IMG/VR virus record: IMGVR_UViG_3300028591_000168
Coordinates: 15,563-79,562 of that record
Strand: one strand, 5' to 3'
DNA from: a virus
Lineage: Duplodnaviria > Caudoviricetes
DNA length: 64,000 bases
Shown: positions 14,829-25,000 of the stretch, piece by piece
Position numbering within the stretch: the stretch's first letter is position 1
Layout: every line of letters starts with the position of its first letter
Position numbers and translations under genes: made by a program
Notes under the pieces: generated by a model
Seen by the model: only the letters and a program-made list of their open reading frames with translations
What the model was told of the DNA's origin: nothing
The model's database searches: none

Positions 14829-15230
14829 ATGGGCATACCGTTTTCTGGAACAGCTAGTTTTCTAAAGAGATGGACTGACGCTTACGGTAAAGGCATAAGT
14901 AGAGATGACCTGCTCAGCTTTGGTCAAAAGATCTACAGCAATGACGCTATCGAAAAGATAGGAGAGAACGGGTTACCTGCCGGTAACTTGTTTCAGAGTA
15001 CGTTCCTTGAGCTTGACAGAAGAATAGCTAACAGTCCTAAACTGTTGGCAAAATTGGGTACTGAGGTAACAAATGCTGAAGGTAAAAAATACACCCAGCT
15101 TGGAGGTATGGCAAGGGCCAAAAGCTTGTTCTATAACGCTTACGGTTCTGACGCCGGTGAGCTGTCTTACGCAAGGGTAGGGGTAGCAGGCATAGCAGGA
15201 TCTTACCTGGCTTATAAGGTATTGTCATAA
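14829..15230 (+). CDS. putative virion protein with C-terminal hydrophobic segment
   Basis: AAGGAG RBS; ends YARVGVAGIAGSYLAYKVLS. Confidence 0.7.
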   Translation: MGIPFSGTASFLKRWTDAYGKGISRDDLLSFGQKIYSNDAIEKIGENGLPAGNLFQSTFLELDRRIANSPKLLAKLGTEVTNAEGKKYTQLGGMARAKSLFYNAYGSDAGELSYARVGVAGIAGSYLAYKVLS

Positions 15231-15262
15231 AATGTAGCGATATCGAAAGGAGGCGACACCTT

Positions 15263-15760
15263 GTGGGAACAGTTAAAGACTTTATGACTACGGTCAATCA
15301 CTTTGCTACGGCTTACCTTGACGGTACTAAAGATTTTCAAATGCAACGGGGAAAGCCCATAATCCTTCTTGAAGGCAACAAGGCAATTAACGCGTTTAGT
15401 GCCGGTAACCTTTTTGACAGTGTGCGTTTTGCTCTTGACCAAAGATTCTATAACACGGCAAAGGATAAGGGAGGAAAGATCTCTTATCGAGACAATTACT
15501 CTTTGTTGGAAAAAGCAGGAGCACAAAGAATAGTACAAGAAGGCGGCAAACAGACTGACGGCACTGTTAAGAACAATAAACCCTTAAGCCAGTGGAATAT
15601 TAGTGACAAGGAAAGGTTACAGTCTCTAATGTATGATCGTGACGGTAACTTTGCTTACGCAAGAATGGCTACGGCAGGCGTAGTATCAGGCGCGCTTGGT
15701 TTACACTTCTTGTCTGACTTTACAACTATGCGACACGCTGTAGGAGTACCTTATATCTGA
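15263..15760 (+). CDS. putative virion protein with C-terminal hydrophobic segment
   Basis: AAGGAGG RBS; YARMATAGVVSGALGLHFLS resembles the previous gene. Confidence 0.7.
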   Translation: MGTVKDFMTTVNHFATAYLDGTKDFQMQRGKPIILLEGNKAINAFSAGNLFDSVRFALDQRFYNTAKDKGGKISYRDNYSLLEKAGAQRIVQEGGKQTDGTVKNNKPLSQWNISDKERLQSLMYDRDGNFAYARMATAGVVSGALGLHFLSDFTTMRHAVGVPYI

Positions 15761-15801
15761 GAACAAAAGTGTGTAAAACAAGAAAGGGTGGTGATATCGT
15801 T

Positions 15802-16242
15802 ATGTTTCAGACAGCGTGGAATTTTGTCAAACACGGAGGAAAGACTGTCAGCCAGCTTACCAGAAGTGCAGTTAGCGGTCGTACACACACGTTGATATCA
15901 GACAAGGTAGGAGAAGATTACGCTAAGGATCTTGTTGCGTCAGGAGTGCCCCAGTATCAGGTTGCTGACGCTATTAACGCACAAGAAGGATTGTTGGCTC
16001 TTTACAAGAAGGCAGGTACGCCTGTTAACGCCGGTGACAACATAGGAGCTACCGGTCTTGACGCGATAAAGAGCCATTACTACAAACTACAAAGCGGTAC
16101 TACCAAGGATAACGCTGTCTTTACCTTCGACGACAGCAAAGCATTTTATGACGGGACTGCGGTAGCTGCCGCTACAGCTGCTGCTATTGTAGGTTTTAAG
16201 GCTGTTCAAACAGGAGTTTCGTTATTAACGGGTGACTACTAA
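15802..16242 (+). CDS. putative virion protein with C-terminal Ala-rich hydrophobic segment
   Basis: Ends TAVAAATAAAIVGFKAVQTGVSLLTGDY. Confidence 0.7.
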   Translation: MFQTAWNFVKHGGKTVSQLTRSAVSGRTHTLISDKVGEDYAKDLVASGVPQYQVADAINAQEGLLALYKKAGTPVNAGDNIGATGLDAIKSHYYKLQSGTTKDNAVFTFDDSKAFYDGTAVAAATAAAIVGFKAVQTGVSLLTGDY

Positions 16243-16309
16243 CAGTGGTTACCAACAATAACCGGTAAAAATGTTGATATCAGCTGATATCACAAGGAGG
16301 TGATCGACA

Positions 16310-16858
16310 ATGCCTGTTTGGTCACAGGTTATAGGAAAAGGTTTAACGGGAGCTTTAAAGGTAGGATTAGGTTTTGGAATACAAGCAGGTAAGATGGGAT
16401 GGAAGAGTGCCGCTGCTGTAGGAGAAGGCATTATGGGCACCAGCAAAAGGATAGGAGAAGGTTTTGTCGATGCCAGCAAAAAGGTAGGTGGCGTCTTAGC
16501 AGAACCCTTTGCGACACCTGAAGCCAGAAGACAAACAGGTATTAACGCTGCCGAGACTATCCGTGACGTAGGTAACGCTTTTGTTCGAGAAAATGCCAAA
16601 GGCCATATGGAGCTGACCGGCAGAGGCCTTGGTATTATCGGAGCTATAACGGTAGCCGACAAGCTTCGAGATTCTTACTATGACACGAAGACAGAGAACC
16701 TTGGTATTGTTGATCGGCAACCGGTTAGAGCTACACCTGACTATCGACCCCGACAGTACGAGATGCATCCGCCAAAGAGGATAACTGCTGACAGTGGCGG
16801 TGCTACCGGCGACCTTGTGTTTGCACTGCACAACCTTAGGAACCAAGGTCTTTACTAA
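16310..16858 (+). CDS. hypothetical Gly-rich protein (putative virion)
   Basis: AAGGAGGTG RBS; 182 aa. Confidence 0.75.
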   Translation: MPVWSQVIGKGLTGALKVGLGFGIQAGKMGWKSAAAVGEGIMGTSKRIGEGFVDASKKVGGVLAEPFATPEARRQTGINAAETIRDVGNAFVRENAKGHMELTGRGLGIIGAITVADKLRDSYYDTKTENLGIVDRQPVRATPDYRPRQYEMHPPKRITADSGGATGDLVFALHNLRNQGLY

Positions 16859-16898
16859 CGGTTGATATCAGCTGATATCACGAGGAGGTGATCTTACT

Positions 16899-17339
16899 AT
16901 GTCAACCAGTAGTAGTTTAGGAAAGGTAATCTGGAACGCGGTTTCTAATCACGGTGTTAATATCGGGTTGACAACTTACTTTGGTATCGACGCTTATCAG
17001 GAAGCCAGAAGAGAAGGATCGGGTTTCTTGGGCAGTGCTGCTGCAGCAGCTGAAAATATGGCTTTACCTATGGTTATGCCTGGTGGCTTACCCGGTTACT
17101 TTGCCTTTGAGCTTGCTACCAGTATGCCGAGTTTAGCTATCGACTTTTACAAGGCACAACGAGATTACCGAAGGAAGCTTGGTGTAGAACAACGACACAA
17201 GGCTTTTCAAAGCGCAAGCTTTCAAGATACCCAAATGACTTACACTATGCGACAGGCTGCTATGGCTATAGCACAGCGCAGTCGTTACAATACCCAAGCA
17301 GCAATGTTAGGACAAGAAGCACAGTATATGTTAAAGTAA
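16899..17339 (+). CDS. hypothetical protein (putative virion)
   Basis: AGGAGGTG RBS; 146 aa; ends TMRQAAMAIAQRSRYNTQAAMLGQEAQYMLK. Confidence 0.75.
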   Translation: MSTSSSLGKVIWNAVSNHGVNIGLTTYFGIDAYQEARREGSGFLGSAAAAAENMALPMVMPGGLPGYFAFELATSMPSLAIDFYKAQRDYRRKLGVEQRHKAFQSASFQDTQMTYTMRQAAMAIAQRSRYNTQAAMLGQEAQYMLK

Positions 17340-17352
17340 GGTGATATCAAAG

Positions 17353-19020
17353 ATGGCAGGTAGACTATCTACAGCAAAAAAGCTTATGAACTTTTTAACT
17401 AAAGATTTGCAAATGGATACCAAAGAAGCAAAAAATATTCTTGGACAATTAGGACAAAAAGATAAATTTTATGAAGGAGATAATGCGGAACGCTTTTTAA
17501 GTCACATAGAGGAAAAATTTAAAATAGCAAGAGACAACCCACAATTGGGTCATACTGATACTGATCCCATAATAAAGGACTTTTTGTCGGTAAATAATAT
17601 TGGACAAACGACTTGGGACAGAGGATACCGTACGGGAACTTTTACAGAGAACTGGAAGGATATGGGATTTGACCGGTATGATTATCATGATAGATATAAT
17701 CAAATTTATAATGATAATTTACGACAAGCAGTGAGAGGTAATTTTAATTACAGTAAATTAAACGATATTGAAAAACAGATGTCTACAGTAAGTCCAGAAA
17801 GTCTTGCTGAAAAAAATGGTTTTTCAATAAGTAAAGATGGCAAGTTAATACCAAAATCAGAAGAATTAAAAATAGAAAAACCAGAGGGAGCACTAACTCA
17901 AGAAGACATTGATCGTGTAAATAAAGAATTTCACCAGCGTAAAACACCAATAATGGCTTTTCAAAGAGAATATGAAAGACTGCGATTTGCTAAAGACATG
18001 GGCATGGACCCTAAATATCTCAGTCTTGAAAGTATGGACAGAGTTAAGGCAAACATACGAGAGAACTTGGATAAAGCATCTCAAGGTGGATCGGTTAACC
18101 AGATATTTCTTAATCAACTGGATAAAGATGGGGCGATACGGGCACGCCAAGCAGCTATAGACAATGCTAATAAAAATATTGCTGACAGTCAGAAGATTCT
18201 TGATGAGTATGAAAACCGTCTAAAAGAACAAGGTGCAAATTCTGATGTTATTCAAGAGTCCTTTGATACTTTTAATTATTTGGATCAACTAGCAAAGGTC
18301 ACAGATGAACAAATAGCAGCGCAGGCAGGTCAGACAGGTTCTGACGTAAAGAACGTGATAGAAACAATGAAAGCAGCCCGTACTTTTGCACAAAATCCAA
18401 CTGACGAAAAAGTAATAGCTGATTACGTAAAAACAATGCAAGATAAAGGATTAAAGGGTTATGATATAGAAAATCAGACACATATTGGGAAAGCTTACGC
18501 AGCACACGTACGTCTAAAGCAGGCTCAGGAAGATCTAGAAAAGATAGGATCAGGCAAAACCTTGCAAGAGACAGCGGCAGGATCTGCACAAGAAGCAGCC
18601 GTAGCTGACGCTGCTGCTGACTTCTCAGGCGTTTTGCCTACTTACGAACAAGCTATGGCTGGTAACGGAAAGGTTTCTCTTGATCGTGCTATGTTACGAG
18701 AAAGAATGAAAGGCGATCCGTCAAGCTGGGGCTTTGACGCTGCGGCTGAGCATCTTGCGAAAGAACAAGATACGTACCTTGGTAAAAGAATTGAAGAGAT
18801 TAAAAAGAGCAAGGCTTCTGACGCCGAAAAGAGAAAGATGTTTGATGACGCTATTGCTACCGTGCAAAAAAACGTAGCTGAAGGTCCCGGTATGTCTAAC
18901 TACTTCTTTGGTAATCAACTTCATACGGGGGCTGTAGGAGCGGCAGCTATCGTAGGAACCATGGGCGTAGCCTTTGGTGGCCGCAAGAGTAACGCTGAGC
19001 TTTACTCGTCACCATTCTAA
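17353..19020 (+). CDS. hypothetical helical protein with C-terminal hydrophobic segment
   Basis: About 555 aa; ends LHTGAVGAAAIVGTMGVAFGGRKSNAELYSSPF. The N-terminal half is more AT-rich. Confidence 0.8.
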   Translation: MAGRLSTAKKLMNFLTKDLQMDTKEAKNILGQLGQKDKFYEGDNAERFLSHIEEKFKIARDNPQLGHTDTDPIIKDFLSVNNIGQTTWDRGYRTGTFTENWKDMGFDRYDYHDRYNQIYNDNLRQAVRGNFNYSKLNDIEKQMSTVSPESLAEKNGFSISKDGKLIPKSEELKIEKPEGALTQEDIDRVNKEFHQRKTPIMAFQREYERLRFAKDMGMDPKYLSLESMDRVKANIRENLDKASQGGSVNQIFLNQLDKDGAIRARQAAIDNANKNIADSQKILDEYENRLKEQGANSDVIQESFDTFNYLDQLAKVTDEQIAAQAGQTGSDVKNVIETMKAARTFAQNPTDEKVIADYVKTMQDKGLKGYDIENQTHIGKAYAAHVRLKQAQEDLEKIGSGKTLQETAAGSAQEAAVADAAADFSGVLPTYEQAMAGNGKVSLDRAMLRERMKGDPSSWGFDAAAEHLAKEQDTYLGKRIEEIKKSKASDAEKRKMFDDAIATVQKNVAEGPGMSNYFFGNQLHTGAVGAAAIVGTMGVAFGGRKSNAELYSSPF

Positions 19021-19035
19021 GGTGGTGTAAACATT

Positions 19036-22000
19036 ATGGCGTTACCTTTAATAGAAAGATTGCTTAATGCCAGAGGAATTTCTGACACTACCGCTATCAA
19101 GAACTTTCTAAACCCCCATACCGCTTTCGAAAACCCCTTTATGATGAAAGATATGTACAGCGCAGTCAGCAGAATCGAAAGAGCTATCAAAAGTGGTGAG
19201 CGGATAACTGTTTTTGGTGATTACGACGTTGACGGGGTATCAGCTACTGCGATAATGTATCGTACCCTGTCAGATCTTGGAGCTGCTGTTGATACCTACA
19301 TTCCTAAGAGATCTGAAGGATACGGTCTTAACAGTAACGCTCTCAAAAGTCTTGCTGAAAAAGGTACTAACCTGTTAATAACGGTTGACACGGGTATCGG
19401 TAACGAGAAAGAGATCTCTGAGATCGCTGACAAGTTTGACGTTATCGTTACCGATCACCACCTGGTACCTGAGGGTGGTGTGCCGTCAGCCGTTGCTGTC
19501 CTTAATCCGCACCAAGCAAAAGATTACTATCCTAACAAAAATCTTAGTGGTGCAGGCGTTGCCTTCAAGCTTAGCCAAGCCTTGAGAAACAAGATAACAG
19601 GTGCTGATATCCAAAAGTCAGTTGAAAATCTTGAACTTGCAGCGTTAGCTACCGTTGCTGACGTTGTGCCTATGACAGGAGAGAACCGAAAGATCGTAGC
19701 TGACGGCTTAAAGGCTATCCAAGCGTCGCAAGATAAGGCAATCCAAGCACTGTTAAAAACGACAGATCTTGCACAAAAAAAACACCTTACTGCTGAAGAT
19801 ATCGGTTTTAAAATAGCACCCCGTATTAACGCTGCAGGCAGGGTAGAAGATCCCGGCATAGCGCTGTCCTTGTTCACTCTTGATCAACAAGAGAACAAAG
19901 CTGTCTTTCAAAAAATAGCTGATTCTTTGTCCGAGCTTAACAAGAAGAGAAAAGCTATAGAAGCTGATATCGTTCAAAGTGCAGAAAAACAGCTGTTACA
20001 ACTGCGACAACAAACAGGCGGTTATATCAGTTCCGTCATTGTTGAAAACAAAGGGTGGCACGAGGGCGTTGTAGGTCTTGCGGCAGCAAGGTTATCTGAA
20101 AGACACAAACTGCCGTCGATAGTGCTAACCAGCGAAGACGGCAAGATCTATCACGGATCTGCCCGCAGTGTACCGGGCTTTAACGTTATGGATGCGCTTA
20201 GGGAAACTGACAAGTTCTTGCTAAGGTATGGCGGTCACGAACAAGCAGCAGGTTTAGTCATAAAAGCAGAGAACCTTTCTGCCTTCAAGGCTGCGTTTGA
20301 TAACTTTGCAAGGGATAACTTTCCGTCTCTTGCTGCTCTTGAACTTGTAGACGCAGATCTGGATCCTGCAGAAATAACCTTAGCTGACGCTAAAGAACTT
20401 GAAAAGATGGGGCCTTTTGGTGTTAACAACGAAAGACCAATTTTTGGAGTCTCTGACGTTAGGGCCAGTGACGTTAGAACAAGCAGTGACGGTAAACACT
20501 TGTTTTTTAATATTGGCGATAAACGTGCTGTAGCTTTTGGTGCAGGTAACCTGGAAGACTTAGTTAGGGACAGCAACGTCGACGTTACCTTCTCTCTTGA
20601 TATCAACGAGTTTAGAGGAACAGAAAACGTTCAGCTTAACGTTAAAAGTGTAAGGCCTGTTGCCGGTAACTCTGTTAAGGCCTTGTCTGACACTGTTATC
20701 CAAGATATCTACAAGTTCTTGCAGACAAGAAGCAATGAACCTTTTAACGTTAGTACCTTGGCTGCTGACTTCAGTAAAAAAACAGGTGTGCAGATATCCG
20801 GGTATGACTTTGGTACAGCTACTAAGATCTTGGAAGAGTTAGGACTTTTTTCTGCTGTAGTTAATGACGGATCTGTTTTTACTGCAAGTCATAATGGTAA
20901 TATCAACTTTACCGGCTCACAAACTTACCGTAACCTTAAAGGTATCACCTTATCAGGGGCACCTGTTCGAGTTATTCCTGTCTCTGATCCTGTTGAAAAT
21001 GTAACACCTGTTACTCCTGCCCCTTCTGTATCACCTTCTTCCGGTACACCTACCGTTGCAGCGTCAGTAACACAAGATATCGTCGTATCACCACCACCTG
21101 TGGCAGAAGAAACGGCAGCAGCAGTTATTACAGAAAATGTAGCTGCGCCGGTAGATCTTGTAACGTTGCCTGAAGAAAACATTTCTGCTGAGACAGTTGT
21201 TAAGGAAACAGAAAAAGCCGGTATTGTCGTTGATACGCCAGATGCTCCACCTGTACCGGTACAAGAAGAGATATCTGCAGCAGTACAAAAGGATCTCAAG
21301 ATTACTCGTGATATCCCGGAAGTTTGGGACTCCGTTTCTGTTAACACTGCAGCTGACGTTGCTGCCCCTGTTAAACCTACGCTAGTATCTGTTGACCCTA
21401 AAATAGCTGACAGAGTTCGTAATATGAAACAGAAGTTAGCAGAGAGTAAAAAGCAAAACAGCACAAAGCCTAAACAAGAACGACAAAAAAGACAAACGGA
21501 TATCAAACCGACAAAGCCTGAAAAAAGAGAGCAGTGGTTTATTGACAGGATCAATGAACTTATAAAATATTTTCGTTATCCGTTACCCGCTAATGACGCA
21601 CCATTAGATGAAATTTTATTGAGCAAGATTAGAGACGAAAGTTTAAGAACACAGATAAGCTATCCTGATCCTGATCTTGTTGACGAGAAGACTTACATAC
21701 AAGAACTTATACGTCTTAAGGAAGAACAAGCCAGCAGAGATCTTGACGCCTTAAAAAAAATTATTAACGTTAAGACCGACGAACTTGGTAAAAAACTTGT
21801 TGATATCAGGCTTAACGAAATAGGAAGCGCTGCAGAAGAAGCTCTCAGAGAAAGTTACGAGAGTGGCAATATTGAGGCAGCAACTACGTTCTATGACGAA
21901 GATCTCGCAAAAGTCAGAATAAGAAAGAAATACGTAAAAGGTAAAGACGGACAAGAGTATCTGAGAGATACTTCAGCTGAAACTACTCTTAATGAGTGGT

Positions 22001-25000
22001 TACGGCAACTTTCTGACACAAAGTATCCCGGAGTAACGAAACAAGCTAAAGAACTGAGAGAACGTTATATCGCGCTTTCCGGAAAACAGGATTACAAACA
22101 ACCGGGATCTACTCTTCACAGAGAAACGATAGTCTTGCGAGAGAAGATAGGCAAAGAGATAGCAAAAAGAGCAGGCAAAGATATTGAAGACAAGGTCAAA
22201 GATCTGGCTTCCAAGGGCGGCTCTCTTCTTTATCGCAGAATAGCTGACAGGATTACAGCTTTAGATAATGACGTATTAACAGCAGAACAGCAAGGCATTA
22301 TCAACAGGTTAATGTTTAACTTTGAGACTGACGTAGACATTTTTGAGTCTTACCAACAGATTGCAAAAACTTTAGGATTAAAGGTTAAGTTTAAGAAAGA
22401 CCAGTCAGCTGTCGACAAAGTTAAGATTTATCGCAAAGAGTTAAGCGAAAGACTTGAAGAAATCAAAGGAAGACAAGATATCGACAAGATATCACTTGGT
22501 TACCTTGACCTGATATCAGCTAACAAAGATAAAGACGACGAAGGTTATAAGGCTGCCAAAAAGCAACTGATAGAAGCCAGGACAGACGGACTTTGGAATT
22601 CCAGGGTTAGAAACCTTGAAAATCCCAGCCAAGGTAAGCCTACCGAAAATCTTGCACTATGGTTAAGATATGCTGACGTTGCTATTGCAGATCAACAACA
22701 GAGACGAGCTGAGCTTTTAGATCCTAACATAAGCTTGGAACGTTTTAACGAGCTGTTAGAAGATCCCAAGTATAGACACGTAATGCCCAGGGTATCCTAC
22801 ACTAAAGACGGTAAACAAGCTACAAGAATGGCAGGTACGAGATTTAACAATAAGTTATATCGTGTTGGCATATCGGGATTAGCTGATATCGACCTTGATC
22901 GTCTTAAGACTGACGTTGCAGAAGTATTGGCTCCGTTCTACGACAGTATCAGAGAGAGTCATAACCGTATTATTGCAGCAAGAAGCTTAACCGAAAAAGG
23001 TTTGTCTGATCAGATTATATCGCTTCAAAATTCTTTAACTGTTACCCCTCCCAAGGAAGGCGACTACAGGCTTAAAAGACTTAAGGGAGTACAAAAACTT
23101 TATGATTACGTAACAAATGATCCTACCAAGGTAATCCAAGATAAAATTGAAGAAAAAGGCTATACCGCAGGTCTGCGTAAGGCCATTTACCTTGAAGAAA
23201 AACTAAAAATAGAAGCTGACATTTACGAAACTGATCCTAACGCAAAAATATTGCTTAGCAGAGATCTTAAGGGTGACGAAAGATTATCTGCACTCCGTGA
23301 TATCAGAACTCAAAAACAATGGGCTGCTGCTGATATCCCTATATTGTCTGAGGGACTTTCTGCTCCTAACTTTGTTGGTAAACAATCTCTTGAGAAACAA
23401 TGGCGTTGGTGGCAAACTGCTATTAATAACGTAAGACAACTTTCAAGCGAATCTTTTGAGGACGTTCAAGAACGTCTTCGTAATTTAGAATCTTCTGAAA
23501 GAAAAAACTACCTTAAGTCACTTCCAAAAGATTATATTGTTGAGGTTAAAGGCGCTGCTGCAGGAGACTCTTCTATCTTTTATAGGACTATCGCTGACAA
23601 GGAAATATTAGATGAGTTTGAAGAGAAACTAAATACTACAATAAAAACTTTATTTGAACAAGATCGACAGGGACTAATAGAACATTATAATAAAAGACTA
23701 GAAGATCTTGATACCAGACGTAAGATGCTTGAAGAAAAAGATGCCGCAGAAAAAACTAAGGAAGACACAGAAGAATTAGAGAAGATACTCACTACAGAAC
23801 AAAAACTACAGAAGAAACAAACTGCTCTGAGTGAAGCAGTTGATCCCGTTACCAGGATTGACGAAAAAGCTGCAATACAAGGTCAACGTATTTCTTGGAA
23901 ACAACAAAGTGCAGAAATTTTACAGTTACAACGTGATATCAGAGATATCATTCCGTCAATAAGCTTTAAGGATATCTTTGACGAAAGAGAAAAAGACACT
24001 AAAGTTGACAAAAAGACTAAGTATTCTAACAGAGTTATAGCGTTAAGAGAAATTCATGATGAGTTAAAAGCAGTACAACAAGAATCGTTTGATGATTTCC
24101 AAAAAAGAGTAGCAGACTTAGGATCTCTTCCTGCGTGGTTACCAAAACATAGTCTTATCAAGATAGGTAAAGAAGAAGGACAAAATGTTCGTTATTATCG
24201 TACTTTCGTTGACGAAGATACTCAACAGCTTGATAAAGAAATACAAGAGAATCTTAATACCATTAGAGAAACAGACGAACAAATACAAAAAATCTTTAAA
24301 GAACAAGCTAATAAGAAGTTAGAGTATCTGCAAAAACAGGAACAGCAATATCCTACACCTGACGGATCACAAAGAAAACAAGCTATAGAGAGATTAACTG
24401 ACAGATTAGAAAAACTTAAAGATCAATCTAATGCTGCTGACCAGATAGAAAAAATTGGTGGTTATAACGCAAGATATCAGGTAGCACAAAGAGAAGCTAC
24501 CAACTTGCCCACAAAGCTAAAAATTTTACAAGCAGATCCTAACTATCACTTTGACGAAGATTTTAAGTATGACACAGCTAATGAGGTTATTACTAACATT
24601 CAAAATGATACTAAGGCCCTTGCTGATATCAAAGGAAAATATGAAGGTTACGATAACGAATACTTGTCAAGGTTTAAGCCTATAAAAGAACAACTTGATT
24701 GGTGGCAAACCTTTGATCAAGAGTATCAATGGTTAACTACAGCTACACAAAAACAAGTTAGTGATAAACTCAACAGTTTTGACAGTGAAGAATTCAGAAA
24801 CTACAGAAGGTCACTTCCTGATAACTTTTTTGATACTTTCTTTGTTAAACAAGATAAAATATGGTACAGGATAGGCACTGACGTAAGTGAACAAGAAGCT
24901 GACGTCATGAGGAAACGACAAGAAGAATACAACAAAGATAAAAAGGAACGCGAGAAAGTTATTCTTAATACAGGGCAAAAACCTGTGCCTTCTGTTACTG

